Assembly (NCBI GenBank): GCA_951406725.2
Contig: OX597828.1
Span: 12,090,001 to 12,154,000, forward strand
DNA from: Octopus vulgaris
Taxonomy: Eukaryota
Reading direction: 5' to 3'
Length of the DNA stretch: 64,000 nt
Positions within the stretch are counted from its first letter, which is position 1. Each line of letters opens with the position of its first letter. A program made the position numbers and the translations under genes. Below are positions 14,246 to 27,479 of this stretch, in pieces. The notes under the pieces were generated by a model. It saw only the letters and a program-made list of their open reading frames with translations. It searched no databases and was not told where the DNA came from.

Positions 14246-14290
<45 letters not shown>

Positions 14291-14425
14291 CATTACAATT
14301 ATTATTATTACAATTATTATTATTCAGACACTGCCTGGAATCGAACTCGGAATCTTGGCTCTAGACTGTACATTATTTACATTATTTAGATTTGACGGAT
14401 ATTTGTCCTCATCTTTTTTGTTGTT

Positions 14426-14471
14426 GACACAACGCTTCGGCTAATATACCCTCCAGCCTTCGTCAGGTGTC
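14426..14471 (-). ncRNA. minimal type-I hammerhead ribozyme (GAAA->GAAG variant)
   Basis: GACAC-CUGACGA-A-GGCUG-(loop)-UAGCC-GAAG-CG-UU-GUGUC, with a perfect 5-bp stem I. Confidence 0.72.
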
Positions 14472-15199
14472 TTGGGGAATTTTCGAACCTGGGTTCTCTT
14501 TCCTAAGGTATTTTTCGATGTTATTATCATCATCATTATTATTATTGTTGTTATTGTTCAGGTCACTTCTTTGAATCGAACTCGAAATCTTGGGGTTAGT
14601 AACCAGCGCTCTTAACCACTACGCCATATGCCTGTGGGTATATGGTATTATTTTATCGCACTCAAAAAGATGAAAAACGAATTTGAACGACCACGGTGGA
14701 ATTTGAACTCCGAGAATAAAGACAGGCGAAATGCCCCTAAGCGTTTTATCCGTCGTGCTAACCAGTCTGCAGGACGTTGCATAAAATACTTAACGGCATT
14801 TCTTCCAAATAACTATTCACATTTCATATCGCGACGAGGTCAACTTTGCCATTAGCACTTCCAGGGTCGAAAACGTGGAGGGACTCAAGTCTTTGCTTAA
14901 TTCTGCCTTATAACCGAAAGGCCTTCTATATATACACGTGTGTGTGTTTCTACACATACATATATCTAAATACATACATATGTACATGTATATACATATG
15001 TATATATATATATAATTAAAAATATATATTTATTTATTTATAAGTATATATATATGCGTGTGTGTGTATGTGTGTGTGTGTGCGTGTATGTGTGTGTATA
15101 CACACATACATATATAGCTATGTTTATTTACAAATATATGTACATTTATATACATATGTAAACACATACATATGTATATGTACTACGTAGATTTATACG

Positions 15200-15620
15200 T
15201 CGGGCTTCCACACAGTTTCCTCCTAACAAATGAACTGACAAGGTATAGGTCGGCCAGAACTATGACAGAAGGTACCTGCCCGCGTTGCAGCGCTCTGGGA
15301 CTGAACCTGAAAACAAATGGTAGCAAAGCGAGCATCTTAACTATACATCCATGCCTGCGTCTATGTCTCAGAGACTTCATGCATTTTCTGGCTTTCATTC
15401 TTTTATTCGTTTACTTGTTTCAGTCATTGGACTGCAGCCATGCTGGAGCAGCATCTTACGGGATCTTAACCGACCAAATCGGACCACAGGACTCATTCTT
15501 TGTAAGCCTAGAACTTATTATATCGGTGTCTTTTGCTGTGCCGCTAGTTTACAAGGCCGTAAACACATCACCATCGGTTGTCAAGTGATGGCGAGCGGGG
15601 AGGAACAAACACAGACACAA
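15200..15620 (-). mobile_element. degenerate family-B SINE pieces
   Basis: Similar to the copies at 42857-43271 and 55890-56346. Confidence 0.65.
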
Positions 15621-15636
15621 ATACATAAATATAAAC

Positions 15637-15690
<54 letters not shown>

Positions 15691-15701
15691 ATATCTACCT
15701 A

Positions 15702-15806
<105 letters not shown>

Positions 15807-15816
15807 ATATACGCAC

Positions 15817-15853
<37 letters not shown>

Positions 15854-15862
<9 letters not shown>

Positions 15863-16044
15863 ATTTCGGGACAGTCAAATAAACACACGCATTATTTGTT
15901 CGTTCTTCACTCGTTTATTACTATTCTTATTCTAACTCATGGACATGAGTTGAAATAAGAACAATAAGAAACGAGCGAAGAACGAATATATAGTGCGTGT
16001 GTTTATTTGGCAAAAAAGAATGACCGTCCCGAAATACAACAATA
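15854..16044. repeat. imperfect palindrome built from Penelope-like 3' end sequence
   Basis: Arms are TATTRTTGTATTTCGGGACRGTCA and TGACCGTCCCGAAATACAACAATA. The right arm resembles 22250-22315. Confidence 0.75.
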
Positions 16045-16100
16045 TCTGTTTCAGCACAAGGTTTCACATCGGGAATCTCGCAAAAGAAGTTCATAAACTT

Positions 16101-16179
<79 letters not shown>

Positions 16180-16249
16180 CTTTAAATAAAATGAGACAAC
16201 AAAGCCAAGGCTGTATGTAATTTATAGGACGTTTATGAAGTGAAAGGTA

Positions 16250-16297
16250 GTCTTACAGTTGTTTCTAGGACATTAGGGATATTCCTCCATCAGAGAC
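16250..16297 (-). ncRNA. degenerate minimal hammerhead motif
   Basis: GUCU-CUGAUGG-AGGA...UCCUA-GAAA-CAACUG-UA-AGAC. Confidence 0.55.
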
Positions 16298-16434
16298 GAT
16301 ATGAGCGAGTTAGCTAGAGGGAAATAGTAGAGTTCAATATAAGGAGTTATGTTGGAAAAGATGGGTATAGGAAGCATAAAAGGAAATAAGGGAATAAAAA
16401 TAAAAATAAAAATATGAACTCCTATCGGAATCTA

Positions 16435-17000
16435 TTGGGTTGTCCGGAACGTTCATGCCGATTCATAGTAGCTTAACTTTCGACTTATTTCAGAACATGT
16501 TTGAATCCATAAAATAGGATTTGACTACACCTCCATTTAGAGCACAGTTTAAGCTATATTTTCGTGGAGGAAGGTTTATGTTACTATAACCTGTGTTAAT
16601 TCTGTAACCCTTTAAAATGGAAGATAAGAAAGTTAATTTTCGGCATTTGATGCTTTGGGAACCAGGCAAAAATTGCTGAAGCTCGGCTGGGATGTGTTAC
16701 CCCACCCTCCATATTCACCAGATATTGCTCCTTCGGATTTCCACTCATTCAGGTCTCTGCAGAATAGTCTTAATGGTAAAAATTCTAATTCCTTGGATGA
16801 CGTAAAAAGACACCTTGATGAATTCTTTGCTATGAAACCACCTCAATTCTGGGAAGAGGCTATTTTCAAGGTAAAGGAAAGAAGGAGACGCATTGTGCAA
16901 CAAAATGGTTCATATTTGGTTGATTAATAATGCAATGACAAGTATTTATTGACCTTTTTCTTGTCTTTAAAAATGGGCCCGAACTTTCCGGACAACCCAA
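16435..17000 (+). mobile_element. internally deleted mariner transposon
   Basis: TIRs TTGGGTTGTCCGGAA and TTCCGGACAACCCAA, with TA TSDs. MEDKKVNFRHLMLW (ATG 16617) is joined to TRQKLLKLGWDVLPHPPYSPDIAPSDFH. Confidence 0.92.
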
Positions 17001-17380
17001 TACATATGGGCAAGAATTATTTCTACCCATTCTAAACAGCACTTTCCTTTGATAATGGAATTGCAACTGTAACATCCTACATACATTCGGTTGGGATGCA
17101 AGCGTCTTACCATACAGCCATGCCTGCGCCTATTCATTTATATATTCCTGTCTTTATGTATTTATTTGAAATGTTATTGATACTAAAGTTACAAATTAGA
17201 GCCAAGGGAATAGAAATATTAATGTTCCTGAAATATGAGAATCTCTATGCTTTTTATCTGGTTGTATTCCTAGTGGGATTCCACTTTGGATACATCTATG
17301 GTTAGAACACACAGACACAGGAATAAATCCACGCGAGCACACACACGCAAATAGAAATAAAACACAAGCATCAAAAACAT

Positions 17381-17775
17381 GTGCAGATGTGGCTGTGTGG
17401 TAAGTAGCTTGCTTACCAGCCACATGGTTCAGGGTTCAGTCCCATTGCGCGGCTCCTCGGGCAAGTGTCTTCTACTATAGCCTCGGGCCGACCAAAGCCT
17501 TGTGAGAGGATTTGGTAGACAGAAGCTGAAAGAAGCCGGTCGTATATATGAATATATGTATGTGCGTGTATATGTTTGTTTGTCTGTATTTGTTCCCCCA
17601 ATATCGCTTGACAACCGGTGCTAGTGTGTTTACGTCTCTGTAACTTAGCGGCTCGGCAAAAGTGACCGATGGAATAAGTACTAGGCTTACTAAGAATAAG
17701 TCCTGGGGTCGATTTGCTCGACGAAAGGGGGTGCTCCAGCATGGCCGCAGTCAAATGTCTGTATCAAATAAAAGA
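17381..17775 (+). mobile_element. family-B tRNA-derived CORE-like SINE
   Basis: GTGGCTGTGTGGTAAG head, CORE-like CCTCGGGCAAGTGTCTTCTACTATAGCCTCGGG block, and an internal TA/TG tract. Confidence 0.85.
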
Positions 17776-18202
17776 ATGCACATATATGTGCATATGTATG
17801 CATAGATATTCATATGTGCGCGCGAGTGTGTCTGTTTATAACTGTATGTGAGTGTGCTTGTGAGTGTAAGTGTGTAAGGTGAGGTATTCTGAGGAGGAAG
17901 CGGCATTGACTTTATAAATCGTTGCTCGGAGAGTCATGGTTTCAATCTTACGATCAAAAACAGAAACGCTAAACTATAAATAACGATGCAATAGTTTGTC
18001 GAATTTTAAACTTCCAATAAATTAAGCCAAAGGCGCAAGCAGGGCTGTGAAGTAGCTTACCTCCTAACCACATAGTTCCGGGATCAATCCCACTGGCGAG
18101 CATCTTGGACAAGTGTCTTCTACTATAGCCTCGGGCTGACCAAAGCCTTGTAAGTGGAAATGATAGACGGAAATTGAAAGAAGCCCGTCATATATATGTA
18201 TA

Positions 18203-18245
<43 letters not shown>

Positions 18246-18326
18246 GGTAAAATCAATTAATTAATTAATAATTAACAATTTTACCAAGTAGTTCGACATG
18301 TAATCGGTAAACTTAAACAAAAATTT

Positions 18327-18500
18327 TTATAATTATGAATCTAATTATAATTAGGGTTCAGCAAAAATATTGCTTCGCCACATATCGAAATTTAGAGATT
18401 TTCTTATGGTAGAGAAATAGCTAGTTTTCGTTGCTATTTCTAAATTTGGTGAAGCACTATTTTGCTGAACTCTAATTGCAATTATGCTATTAATTATAAA
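18327..18500. repeat. short inverted-repeat (hairpin) element in (TA)n
   Basis: TAATTAGGGTTCAGCAAAAATATTGCTTCGCCA pairs with TGGTGAAGCACTATTTTGCTGAACTCTAATT. Confidence 0.7.
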
Positions 18501-18516
18501 CATTATATATATATAG

Positions 18517-18576
<60 letters not shown>

Positions 18577-18751
18577 GTTTAAATATTTGTTGTGCAAGAT
18601 TTTTTATGTGAAGTCGTGTGTTGAAACAGATATTGTTATATTTCGGAATGGTCATATTGCCAGTTTAGCCAATAAAAACACACACACTATATATTTGGTG
18701 TTATTTTGCTTCAGTGATATTTATTTTTTACATTAATCTTAATCTTATTTC

Positions 18752-18796
18752 GGCCAAAGTTCTTTCGTCACACTCCTGTGACCGCATCAGTGGTCC
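18752..18796 (-). ncRNA. PLE hammerhead motif (CUGAUGC variant)
   Basis: GGACCA-CUGAUGC-G-GUCACA-GGAG-UGUGAC-GAAA-GAAC-UU-UGGCC. Confidence 0.6.
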
Positions 18797-19317
18797 TTTG
18801 TTTTCTTCTCACTTACTTGTGTCTCTCCTTACTAACCGTCAGCCATTTTGTATTTCTATTGTATGTCTTCATTTGCGCATGCTTATATCTCTATGTGCGT
18901 CTATGTTTATTTAGTGTGGGGGGGATGCCTGTAATATTTGTATCTTCTGGTTATATACATTCTTGTAATTTGTATTTTGTTTTTGTTGTTGTTGCTTTTG
19001 TTCTAATTTTATTCATGTGTTTACATCCACCCATTATTATCATTACATATGCTTGTATGTATGTATAACAACAATATTAGTAATAATAATAATAAATCTA
19101 ATCGAGAAAAAAAAAAAAAAAAAAGAATATACATATACATATATATATATATACATACACATACATATACATATATATATATATATATATATACATATAT
19201 ACACACATATATACACATATACATATACATATATATACACATATACATATATATAGATATTCATTTCTATTTCTTTAATTACCTGTGTATTTATTATGTT
19301 TGCAGGATCCACTATTG

Positions 19318-20652
19318 TCATATGTTGTGGTGTGCGCTATTGCTCCATTCTAGTTTTCTATTCAGGCTAGGTTTATTTTCTATTATATGTGTAGCTTCTG
19401 TAATTTGTCTAATTGTTGCATCTGTTCTATGTGTGGACAATATCTTAATCTCTATGTTATTGATTGATCCCCCGTGTTCTTGTTCGGCGTGTTGGTACAG
19501 AATCGATGAGCTTTTACCTTCCTTGAGTTGTCTCCAATATTCATTCACCCGCTCACCAATGCTTCTTGCAGTTTCCCCTACGTATGTTACTGTCTTGTTA
19601 CTGCATCGTCCCTCTATACATCTTATACTATAGACCACATTTCTGGCTTTACAGTTCGTTTGTGGGCTAAATCTACATACAGTGCAATAGTTATCCGTAC
19701 AGAGAGTTCTACTAAAAGGATAGGTTCTACCAATTATAGATCTGATAGGGTTGCCTGGCTTTTCAACAACCTTAATTCTTAGTTTAAGTTTATCTAGGGT
19801 CCTTCTAAAGCGGTACGCTAGTTCACCTCCAGGGGTGGTGTCAACGAACATGACACTCTGGTATTTATGGCTATCATACCAAGAGTTGGCCTTCCTTATT
19901 TTCTTTTTTGTCCTTTCTATAGTGTTCCATGACTTGTTCCTATAGAGTGGGCAAATCCCATTCCTATCATTACATAATATATTATCAAATTTCTTCATGG
20001 CTCCTTTGTATACTCTGATCCTTTCTTTATGGCTGTAACCTGAGAACTGCATGCGGTGAATGAAATACTGTATGTGCCTCTTTAATTCTGTAGGCTCGCA
20101 CATGCGTGACACATTTCTCATTATTCTGACGAGGTCTGCCATCAAAATATTGAATTTGGCATTGCCCGCAATGGCTGAGTTCCGGTGGATCAGGTATTTT
20201 GAGGCCATAGGTTTTGCATAGTATGAATGAAGGATTTGGGTTTTATTTTTCACAATTTCTAGCCAGAGTTCAGTGTCTAGTACTGGTAGTCTATGGTTGG
20301 GGTGTTTAGTGGGGTAGTCTATTGTGACCTTAATACTCTGGTGGATGGAGTTAGCTATTTGCTGGATGCTCTCCATAGTATTAGTTTCTATTACTATATC
20401 AACAGTACATTCTTGTGGGGGTGCCTTTACTACTATATTGATATCATCAACATAGCGAGAGTACATGTTTACGAGTATGGATTTCTGCAGTAGGCATTCT
20501 TTAAGCCTTCTGTCCCACCATACCATGAAGAGGTTGGCCACATCACCAGCGATACTAACACCGATGGCTGCCCCCTCGTCCTGGGCATATATTTTATTAT
20601 TAAATTTAAATGTGTGGCCTTTTAGGGTAACTCTTATACTAGCTCCTAGTAT
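19318..20652 (-). CDS. PLE polyprotein C-terminal part (RT motifs and GIY-YIG endonuclease), open to the stop but 5'-truncated
   Basis: Motifs [29 protein letters not shown], a CTDNYCTVC linker, and [26 protein letters not shown]. Confidence 0.9.
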   Translation of the reverse strand: MLGASIRVTLKGHTFKFNNKIYAQDEGAAIGVSIAGDVANLFMVWWDRRLKECLLQKSILVNMYSRYVDDINIVVKAPPQECTVDIVIETNTMESIQQIANSIHQSIKVTIDYPTKHPNHRLPVLDTELWLEIVKNKTQILHSYYAKPMASKYLIHRNSAIAGNAKFNILMADLVRIMRNVSRMCEPTELKRHIQYFIHRMQFSGYSHKERIRVYKGAMKKFDNILCNDRNGICPLYRNKSWNTIERTKKKIRKANSWYDSHKYQSVMFVDTTPGGELAYRFRRTLDKLKLRIKVVEKPGNPIRSIIGRTYPFSRTLCTDNYCTVCRFSPQTNCKARNVVYSIRCIEGRCSNKTVTYVGETARSIGERVNEYWRQLKEGKSSSILYQHAEQEHGGSINNIEIKILSTHRTDATIRQITEATHIIENKPSLNRKLEWSNSAHHNI

Positions 20653-22315
20653 AGTACTAGACACTGAACTCTGGCTAGAAATTGTGAAAAATAAAACCCA
20701 AATCCTTCATTCATACTATGCAAAACCTATGGCCTCAAAATACCTGATCCACCGGAACTCAGCCATTGCGGGCAATGCCAAATTCAATATTTTGATGGCA
20801 GACCTCGTCAGAATAATGAGAAATGTGTCACGCATGTGCGAGCCTACAGAATTAAAGAGACACATACAGTATTTCATTCACCGCATGCAGTTCTCAGGTT
20901 ACAGCCATAAAGAAAGGATCAGAGTATACAAAGGAGCCATGAAGAAATTTGATAATATATTATGTAATGATAGGAATGGGATTTGCCCACTCTATAGGAA
21001 CAAGTCATGGAACACTATAGAAAGGACAAAAAGAAAATAAGGAAGGCCAACTCTTGGTATGATAGCCATAAATACCAGAGTGTCATGTTCGTTGACACCA
21101 CCCCTGGAGGTGAACTAGCGTACCGCTTTAGAAGGACCCTAGATAAACTTAAACTAAGAATTAAGGTTGTTGAAAAGCCAGGCAACCCTATCAGATCTAT
21201 AATTGGTAGAACCTATCCTTTTAGTAGAACTCTCTGTACGGATAACTATTGCACTGTATGTAGATTTAGCCCACAAACGAACTGTAAAGCCAGAAATGTG
21301 GTCTATAGTATAAGATGTATAGAGGGACGATGCAGTAACAAGACAGTAACATACGTAGGGGAAACTGCAAGAAGCATTGGTGAGCGGGTGAATGAATATT
21401 GGAGACAACTCAAGGAAGGTAAAAGCTCATCGATTCTGTACCAACACGCCGAACAAGAACACGGGGGATCAATCAATAACATAGAGATTAAGATATTGTC
21501 CACACATAGAACAGATGCAACAATTAGACAAATTACAGAAGCTACACATATAATAGAAAATAAACCTAGCCTGAATAGAAAACTAGAATGGAGCAATAGC
21601 GCACACCACAACATATGACAATAGTGGATCCTGCAAACATAATAAATACACAGGTAATTAAAGAAATAGAAATGAATATCTATATATATGTATATGTGTA
21701 TATATATGTATATGTATATGTGTATATATGTGTGTATATATGTATATATATATATATATATATATGTATATGTATGTGTATGTATATATATATATATATG
21801 TATATGTATATTCTTTTTTTTTTTTTTTTTTCTCGATTAGATTTATTATTATTATTACTAATATTGTTGTTATACATACATACAAGCATATGTAATGATA
21901 ATAATGGGTGGATGTAAACACATGAATAAAATTAGAACAAAAGCAACAACAACAAAAACAAAATACAAATTACAAGAATGTATATAACCAGAAGATACAA
22001 ATATTACAGGCATCCCCCCCCCCACACACACTAAATAAACATAGACGCACATAGAGATATAAGCATGCGCAAATGAAGACATACAATAGAAATACAAAAT
22101 GGCTGACGGTTAGTAAGGAGAGACACAAGTAAGTGAGAAGAAAACAAAGGACCACTGATGCGGTCACAGGAGTGTGACGAAAGAACTTTGGCCGAAATAA
22201 GATTAAGATTAATGTAAAAAATAAATATCACTGAAGCAAAATAACACCAAATATATAGTGCGTGTGTTTTTATTGGCTAAACTGGCAATATGACCATTCC
22301 GAAATATAACAATAT
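20653..22315 (+). mobile_element. Penelope-like element, right copy (inverted duplicate of 18630-20284)
   Basis: Near-identical reverse complement of the left copy. A 1-nt A-run frameshift lies near 21030. Confidence 0.92.
22149..22193 (+). ncRNA. PLE hammerhead motif (CUGAUGC variant)
   Basis: Same sequence as 18752-18796, on the opposite strand. Confidence 0.6.
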
Positions 22316-22368
22316 ATATATATGCTTATATATATATAATTATATATATGTATATATATATATAATTA

Positions 22369-22408
<40 letters not shown>

Positions 22409-23897
22409 TATGTATGTATGTACGTATGTCTATGTCTTTGTATCTGTGTTTGTCCCCCCGCTCCACTTGATAGCTGGTGATGGAGTGTTTACATCCCTGT
22501 AACTTAGCGATTCGGGAAAAGAGACTTATGGAATAAGTACCGGGGTCGATACAGTCGACAATAAACTCTTCAAGCGGTACTCCAGTACGGCTGCTGTCTA
22601 ATGACTGAAACAAGTAAAGGCTAAAAGAAAAAATATGTGCGTGCATGCGCACATGTGTATGTGTGTGTGTGTGTAATCATTTACAGGGTCAATCAAATCA
22701 CACAGCGTCAAAGAAATCCGAACGGGCGACCGTTTCTATAGTTGATATTAATTGTGTTTCATTTTAAATTTCGCTTGGGGCTTATATACGTCAAATTTCC
22801 ACTTTTATGATCTCGTCTACTTATTTCACAAGATATAATTCTTCCCCTGGCAATATTGTAAATATCCTCTCTTGAAATAGTTAGGTGTAATTTAAAGCAT
22901 ATATCAGTGTGCGTATTGAATATATACACACGTAGATATATATGTTTGTGAGTGTGTGTGTGTTTCTGCGTATGTGAGTGTGTGTGTGTGTGTGTATGTA
23001 TGTATATGTATGTATATATGGATATACATATGTGTATATGCATATGTATATATTTATGTATGTGTGTATGTATTTATTTATTTAAGGTTGGCATCATGAA
23101 CCTCCCTAGACAATACAAAATATTTTAAAGTAATTTTAAGAACCACAGAGCATTTATTGCTGGGAAACTCAATGCTTAAAATAGAGGGAAATTTATAAAA
23201 CTTGTTTTGACTAAATCTTCTTTCTGTTGTTATGTCTGGAGGACAATGGAGAGCTTTTTCTTTTTTAACAGAACCGAATGATTCGCTAATGAACTACATT
23301 TGTATTTAAATTTCTTAGTAAAAGTCGATTTGTATTTTTTTTGTGTTTGCTTTTGTTTCCAGTAAGAACAAAAACAATATCTTGTCTATGAGTTGAAATA
23401 CCATATAAACAAAATTAAATGTAGATAAATGATGGCGAGCAGGTGTAGTGAAACAAAACAACGGATGGCAAAAAATAATCCAGACGTTAGAAAATAAAAT
23501 GGAGACGTTCGAAGTGAGAAAAATCAAGGTGTGATCAAGTAATAGACATACCAATATACGTAAATATACGTTTCTGAGTTAGTCAAAGTAAAAGAGAAAA
23601 CTATAGATGATATATTTATATATTGAATAAGGGATAATGTTTGAGTTTTAGCTATACTGCTTGTACACAGTAATGCTACGTGGTCGCCTGTTTCCTTGTG
23701 AATGTGTGTATGATAGTCCGTTGTTTGTATATATAAGTTACTTGAAGAAAGAACTTGGAATGTAAACAGCATAAATTAAAAGCTTAATCGAATGAAGTTT
23801 TCAGTTTCAAGTGTTCTCGAAATGAATCAGTTTAAAGTTGTGTATAATGTAATGTATGTGATGCAATCCATTTAGAAACGTATGCTTAGTGAATTTA

Positions 23898-24572
23898 AAT
23901 ACTAATATACTTTAGATAAATATACTTGTATGTGTATGCTAGGCGTAAATGCATTACATTATTTATTTATATGAAAATTTTAGAAGCTGCAATATCATAA
24001 AAGAATTATTTAAATATTGATACAATAGTAAGTTCCTACCTATCATCTGCGTTATGCTAAGGGATGTAACTCAAATAAGAGGATTACTGAAAGCGATGGC
24101 TACTGTAAGAGAATATTTATCTGGTGTTTGCGCCAGATGTTGTTTGTTGTTGGTAGTCATGTTAATAATAACAACAGCAACGACATCGTTCTACAAATAT
24201 TACTTCTGCTAAGGTACTGGTATAATAATTATTTTCAATACTAATATACTTTATATAAATATACTTGTATGTGTATGCTAGGCATAAATGCATTACATTA
24301 TTTATTTATGTGAAAATTTTAGAAGCTGCAATATCATAAAAGAATTATTTAAATATTGATACAATAGTAAGTTCCTACCTATCATTTGCGTTATGCTAAG
24401 GGATGTAACTCAAATAAGAGGATTACTGAAAGCGATGGCTACTGTAAGAGAATATTTATCTGGTGTTTGCGCCAGATGTTGTTTGTTGTTGGTAGTCATG
24501 GTAATAATAGCAACTGCAACGACATCGTTCTACAAAAATTACTTCTGCTAAGGTGCTGGTTTAATATTTATT
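23898..24572. repeat. tandem duplication, 2 x about 339 bp
   Basis: AATACTAATATACTTTA begins at 23898 and again at 24237. The two copies differ by a few substitutions. Confidence 0.95.
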
Positions 24573-24986
24573 TATAATAGCTTTTGAATTTCACTTCATA
24601 AAAATAAGTTGAATAGCATTGTATAGCATCAATTCATACTTAGACAAACCTCCACTATCCACTCAGGTAACTAAAAATTTACCAACAACAACAACAACAT
24701 CACGACAACAGGCTGTATTTCACTTCTCACTGGTATCAGTGGTATTACGGTTCTCGTACGTATATTGCTACGTGCATTTGTGCAGGGGCATACCTGTACA
24801 CGCATGTATCACAATTTTTCTATCATCTCTGCCACACACTCTCTTTCTCTCAATCTCTCTCTCTCTCTTTCTCTCTCTCTATATATATGTATGTATATAT
24901 TTATGTATATATATATATATATACACATACATACATACCTATATATATTTCTGTCCTCTACACAATTACTAGTTTACACATTCAAC

Positions 24987-25036
<50 letters not shown>

Positions 25037-26087
25037 CTATATCTGCGTGTCAGTGTGTGTGCGAACTGAAATGCAAAACAAGCGCATAAAAGCAAACAGA
25101 AAGTAAATATACAAGTATATGTATGTCTACAAAAACTTCGACAGAAATATACCCGAGCAATTTTATTTATTTGATCACTCGTTGACATCTATACCCTACT
25201 AATTTGATTTCATTTTGTGCATTTATCTTTCTTTCTTTTTTCCTCTTCTTTTGGGTCTTACACCGAATCGCGATCTCTTATGCTAAATTTTATGTATCTG
25301 ACATTTAAGCCTATTGCTCCCAACGAAATAATCCGTTTCGTTAGAATTTTATCTACAACCATAGTAAACCGTGTCAGTATTCATTTCTCTTTATAAAGAT
25401 TTCCATTTTTCTCTGTAAAAATAAAGATTTCCATTTTTCCCTATCAGAAAAGAAATATTCTTTCACTGATTACATTGCATTTTCCCTATGAAATGGATTA
25501 TATAAATAATGTGTGTGTTTGTATCGGTATGCAATTTCTGTACGTCTGTACCTACACACACACACATATATATGCGTGCCTCCTTTTTTGTTGAAAATGA
25601 AGAACGACACTATATAGATATTTTGGATATACACTTCACATGAGGATTTCTTTTTCTTTCATTTCTCCCCTTCATTCTTCCTATGTATTCCTCGTCTATC
25701 TCTCCCTTACCAATTCTACATTATTTTGTCCATCACCTCTCCTTCGTTGATGATCTACTACCCCAGCCATTAACTCACAACATCTGTTCTTATTCACTTA
25801 TCAAAGTTAACATCTAAAACATTTAAGTGGGAAATCCAAGATATTATATGCAAGAGAAATAACATTGACATATACAGAAACGTGGATAGATATATTCTCA
25901 AAATATGTGCATTTCATAATATATCTTAACTTATGGAGATATGGGATCAGAATGGGTGCTTATCATGAAAACCTTTAAATGTCCACTATTCTTATTCGTC
26001 TTATTTTGTAAGTAAATCTATATCTCAACAATTATCTTTATATCTTTATCTATATGTGTGTGTATTATATATATATTTATAAATATG

Positions 26088-26156
<69 letters not shown>

Positions 26157-26239
26157 ATATATTTATATATATATACATACGTATATATATATATTTACGT
26201 ACATATATATATGTATTTGTATATATATTTATATTTACG

Positions 26240-26288
<49 letters not shown>

Positions 26289-26421
26289 ATATATGTGTGT
26301 GTGTATGTATTTATATGTCCTCATAAATACATGTGTGTATGTGTTTGAATGTAACTCACAACTTGAGTTATTCATCATGATTTAGTCTTATTTCCACTGT
26401 CTTTCTCTTTCACTCTTTCTC

Positions 26422-26469
<48 letters not shown>

Positions 26470-27479
26470 TCTCCCTCTATTTCTCCCACTCATCTGCCGA
26501 CAATCAACATGAAGCTGCACGTGAATTTCTGACGGCATCGTGTGCGTGATGTATGGCCTCTAAATTAAACTAAACTAATATTATCTTCGAGACTCAAGAA
26601 AAGATTATAAACTCTGACTCGTTGTGACTCTCGGTAATTTGTCTTTACTGATTTACTGCTAAAAAGAAGAAAAAACTTTAGATAAGTTACGAAATGCTTA
26701 CTTGTGATATTATTCGCTTCCAAACAGCAGCCTCATGGAATATGATCCAAAAGAAATGATTGCCTTCACCTTTCAACGCCATTGTCCAATCTTAGAAGGC
26801 TCTAATATATCTTAGCAGATGACTTCTTGAAACCATTCTATGTGAAAATGTATTGAATTTTCAATACTGATTAAATAAATTTTTTGCCAAACTTTGCGTC
26901 TTCGAGAGCAAATTACCAGTCAAATAACATCAATTTTCAGGAGACTTCATTGCTTTCTTTTAGCTGTTTTTTTTTAATTTTTTTCTTTCTTTCTTCATTT
27001 AGTCGAGATTTCCTGAAGATGGTCAAGAACTAGAATTGTAGGTTACCTTCTAGCTTTCCTTTATATTGATGAGTCAAAGACAAAACCTCTAGGTGCTGTT
27101 TCAACCTCTTAGAAGTAACAGACTGAATTTCTCTCAAATCAGACATTGCCAAATTAGACGTGAATATATTCAATAATGTGATTCAGGATACAATATTTCG
27201 GAATCTACAAAATAAATACCTAGCTGCCCATGGCTTGGGTACTCTTTCACACAGGTTTAATTGGTTTAGGATAACCTAGGCGTAACTTACAGAATCATAA
27301 ACAATACTAACAAAAGAAAATTACAAAGCTTTACATTCTGAGTTCTAATTGTGTCGAGGAGGATTTGTTTCCATTTCTACCGGGTGGAGTAAATAAGTAT
27401 AAAAATATATGTATTAATGCTGATTATATTTCTTATCAAAGTGTCCTACAATTCTTTACCTAGCGTCGATGTAAATATT

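Larger units (their letters stand above)
14095..14642 (-). mobile_element. tandem tRNA-headed SINE-like element with one hammerhead per unit
   Basis: A-box TGGCGTAGTGG (14616-14626) and B-box GTTCGATTC (14573-14581), then an (ATA)n linker, an HHR and a (TAAATAATG)n tail. A second, 5'-truncated unit lies at 14095-14357. A 12-bp TSD TGGTATTATTTT (14083-14094 and 14643-14654) splits a family-A SINE. Confidence 0.85.
18572..20652 (-). mobile_element. Penelope-like element (PLE), 5'-truncated, left copy
   Basis: RT C-terminal half plus GIY-YIG ORF and a 3' UTR carrying an HHR. Confidence 0.92.

Noticed and set aside
14570-14632. tRNA gene
   Set aside because: It has A and B boxes but no complete cloverleaf or terminator; it is a SINE head. 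The same applies at 28478, 43600 and 45556.
23340-23560. Splice-acceptor-like TTTGTTTCCAG followed by purine-rich sequence
   Set aside because: All three frames close quickly and there is no clear donor.
27010-27055. CCTGAAGATGG hammerhead-like start
   Set aside because: No GAAA or stem I complement downstream.
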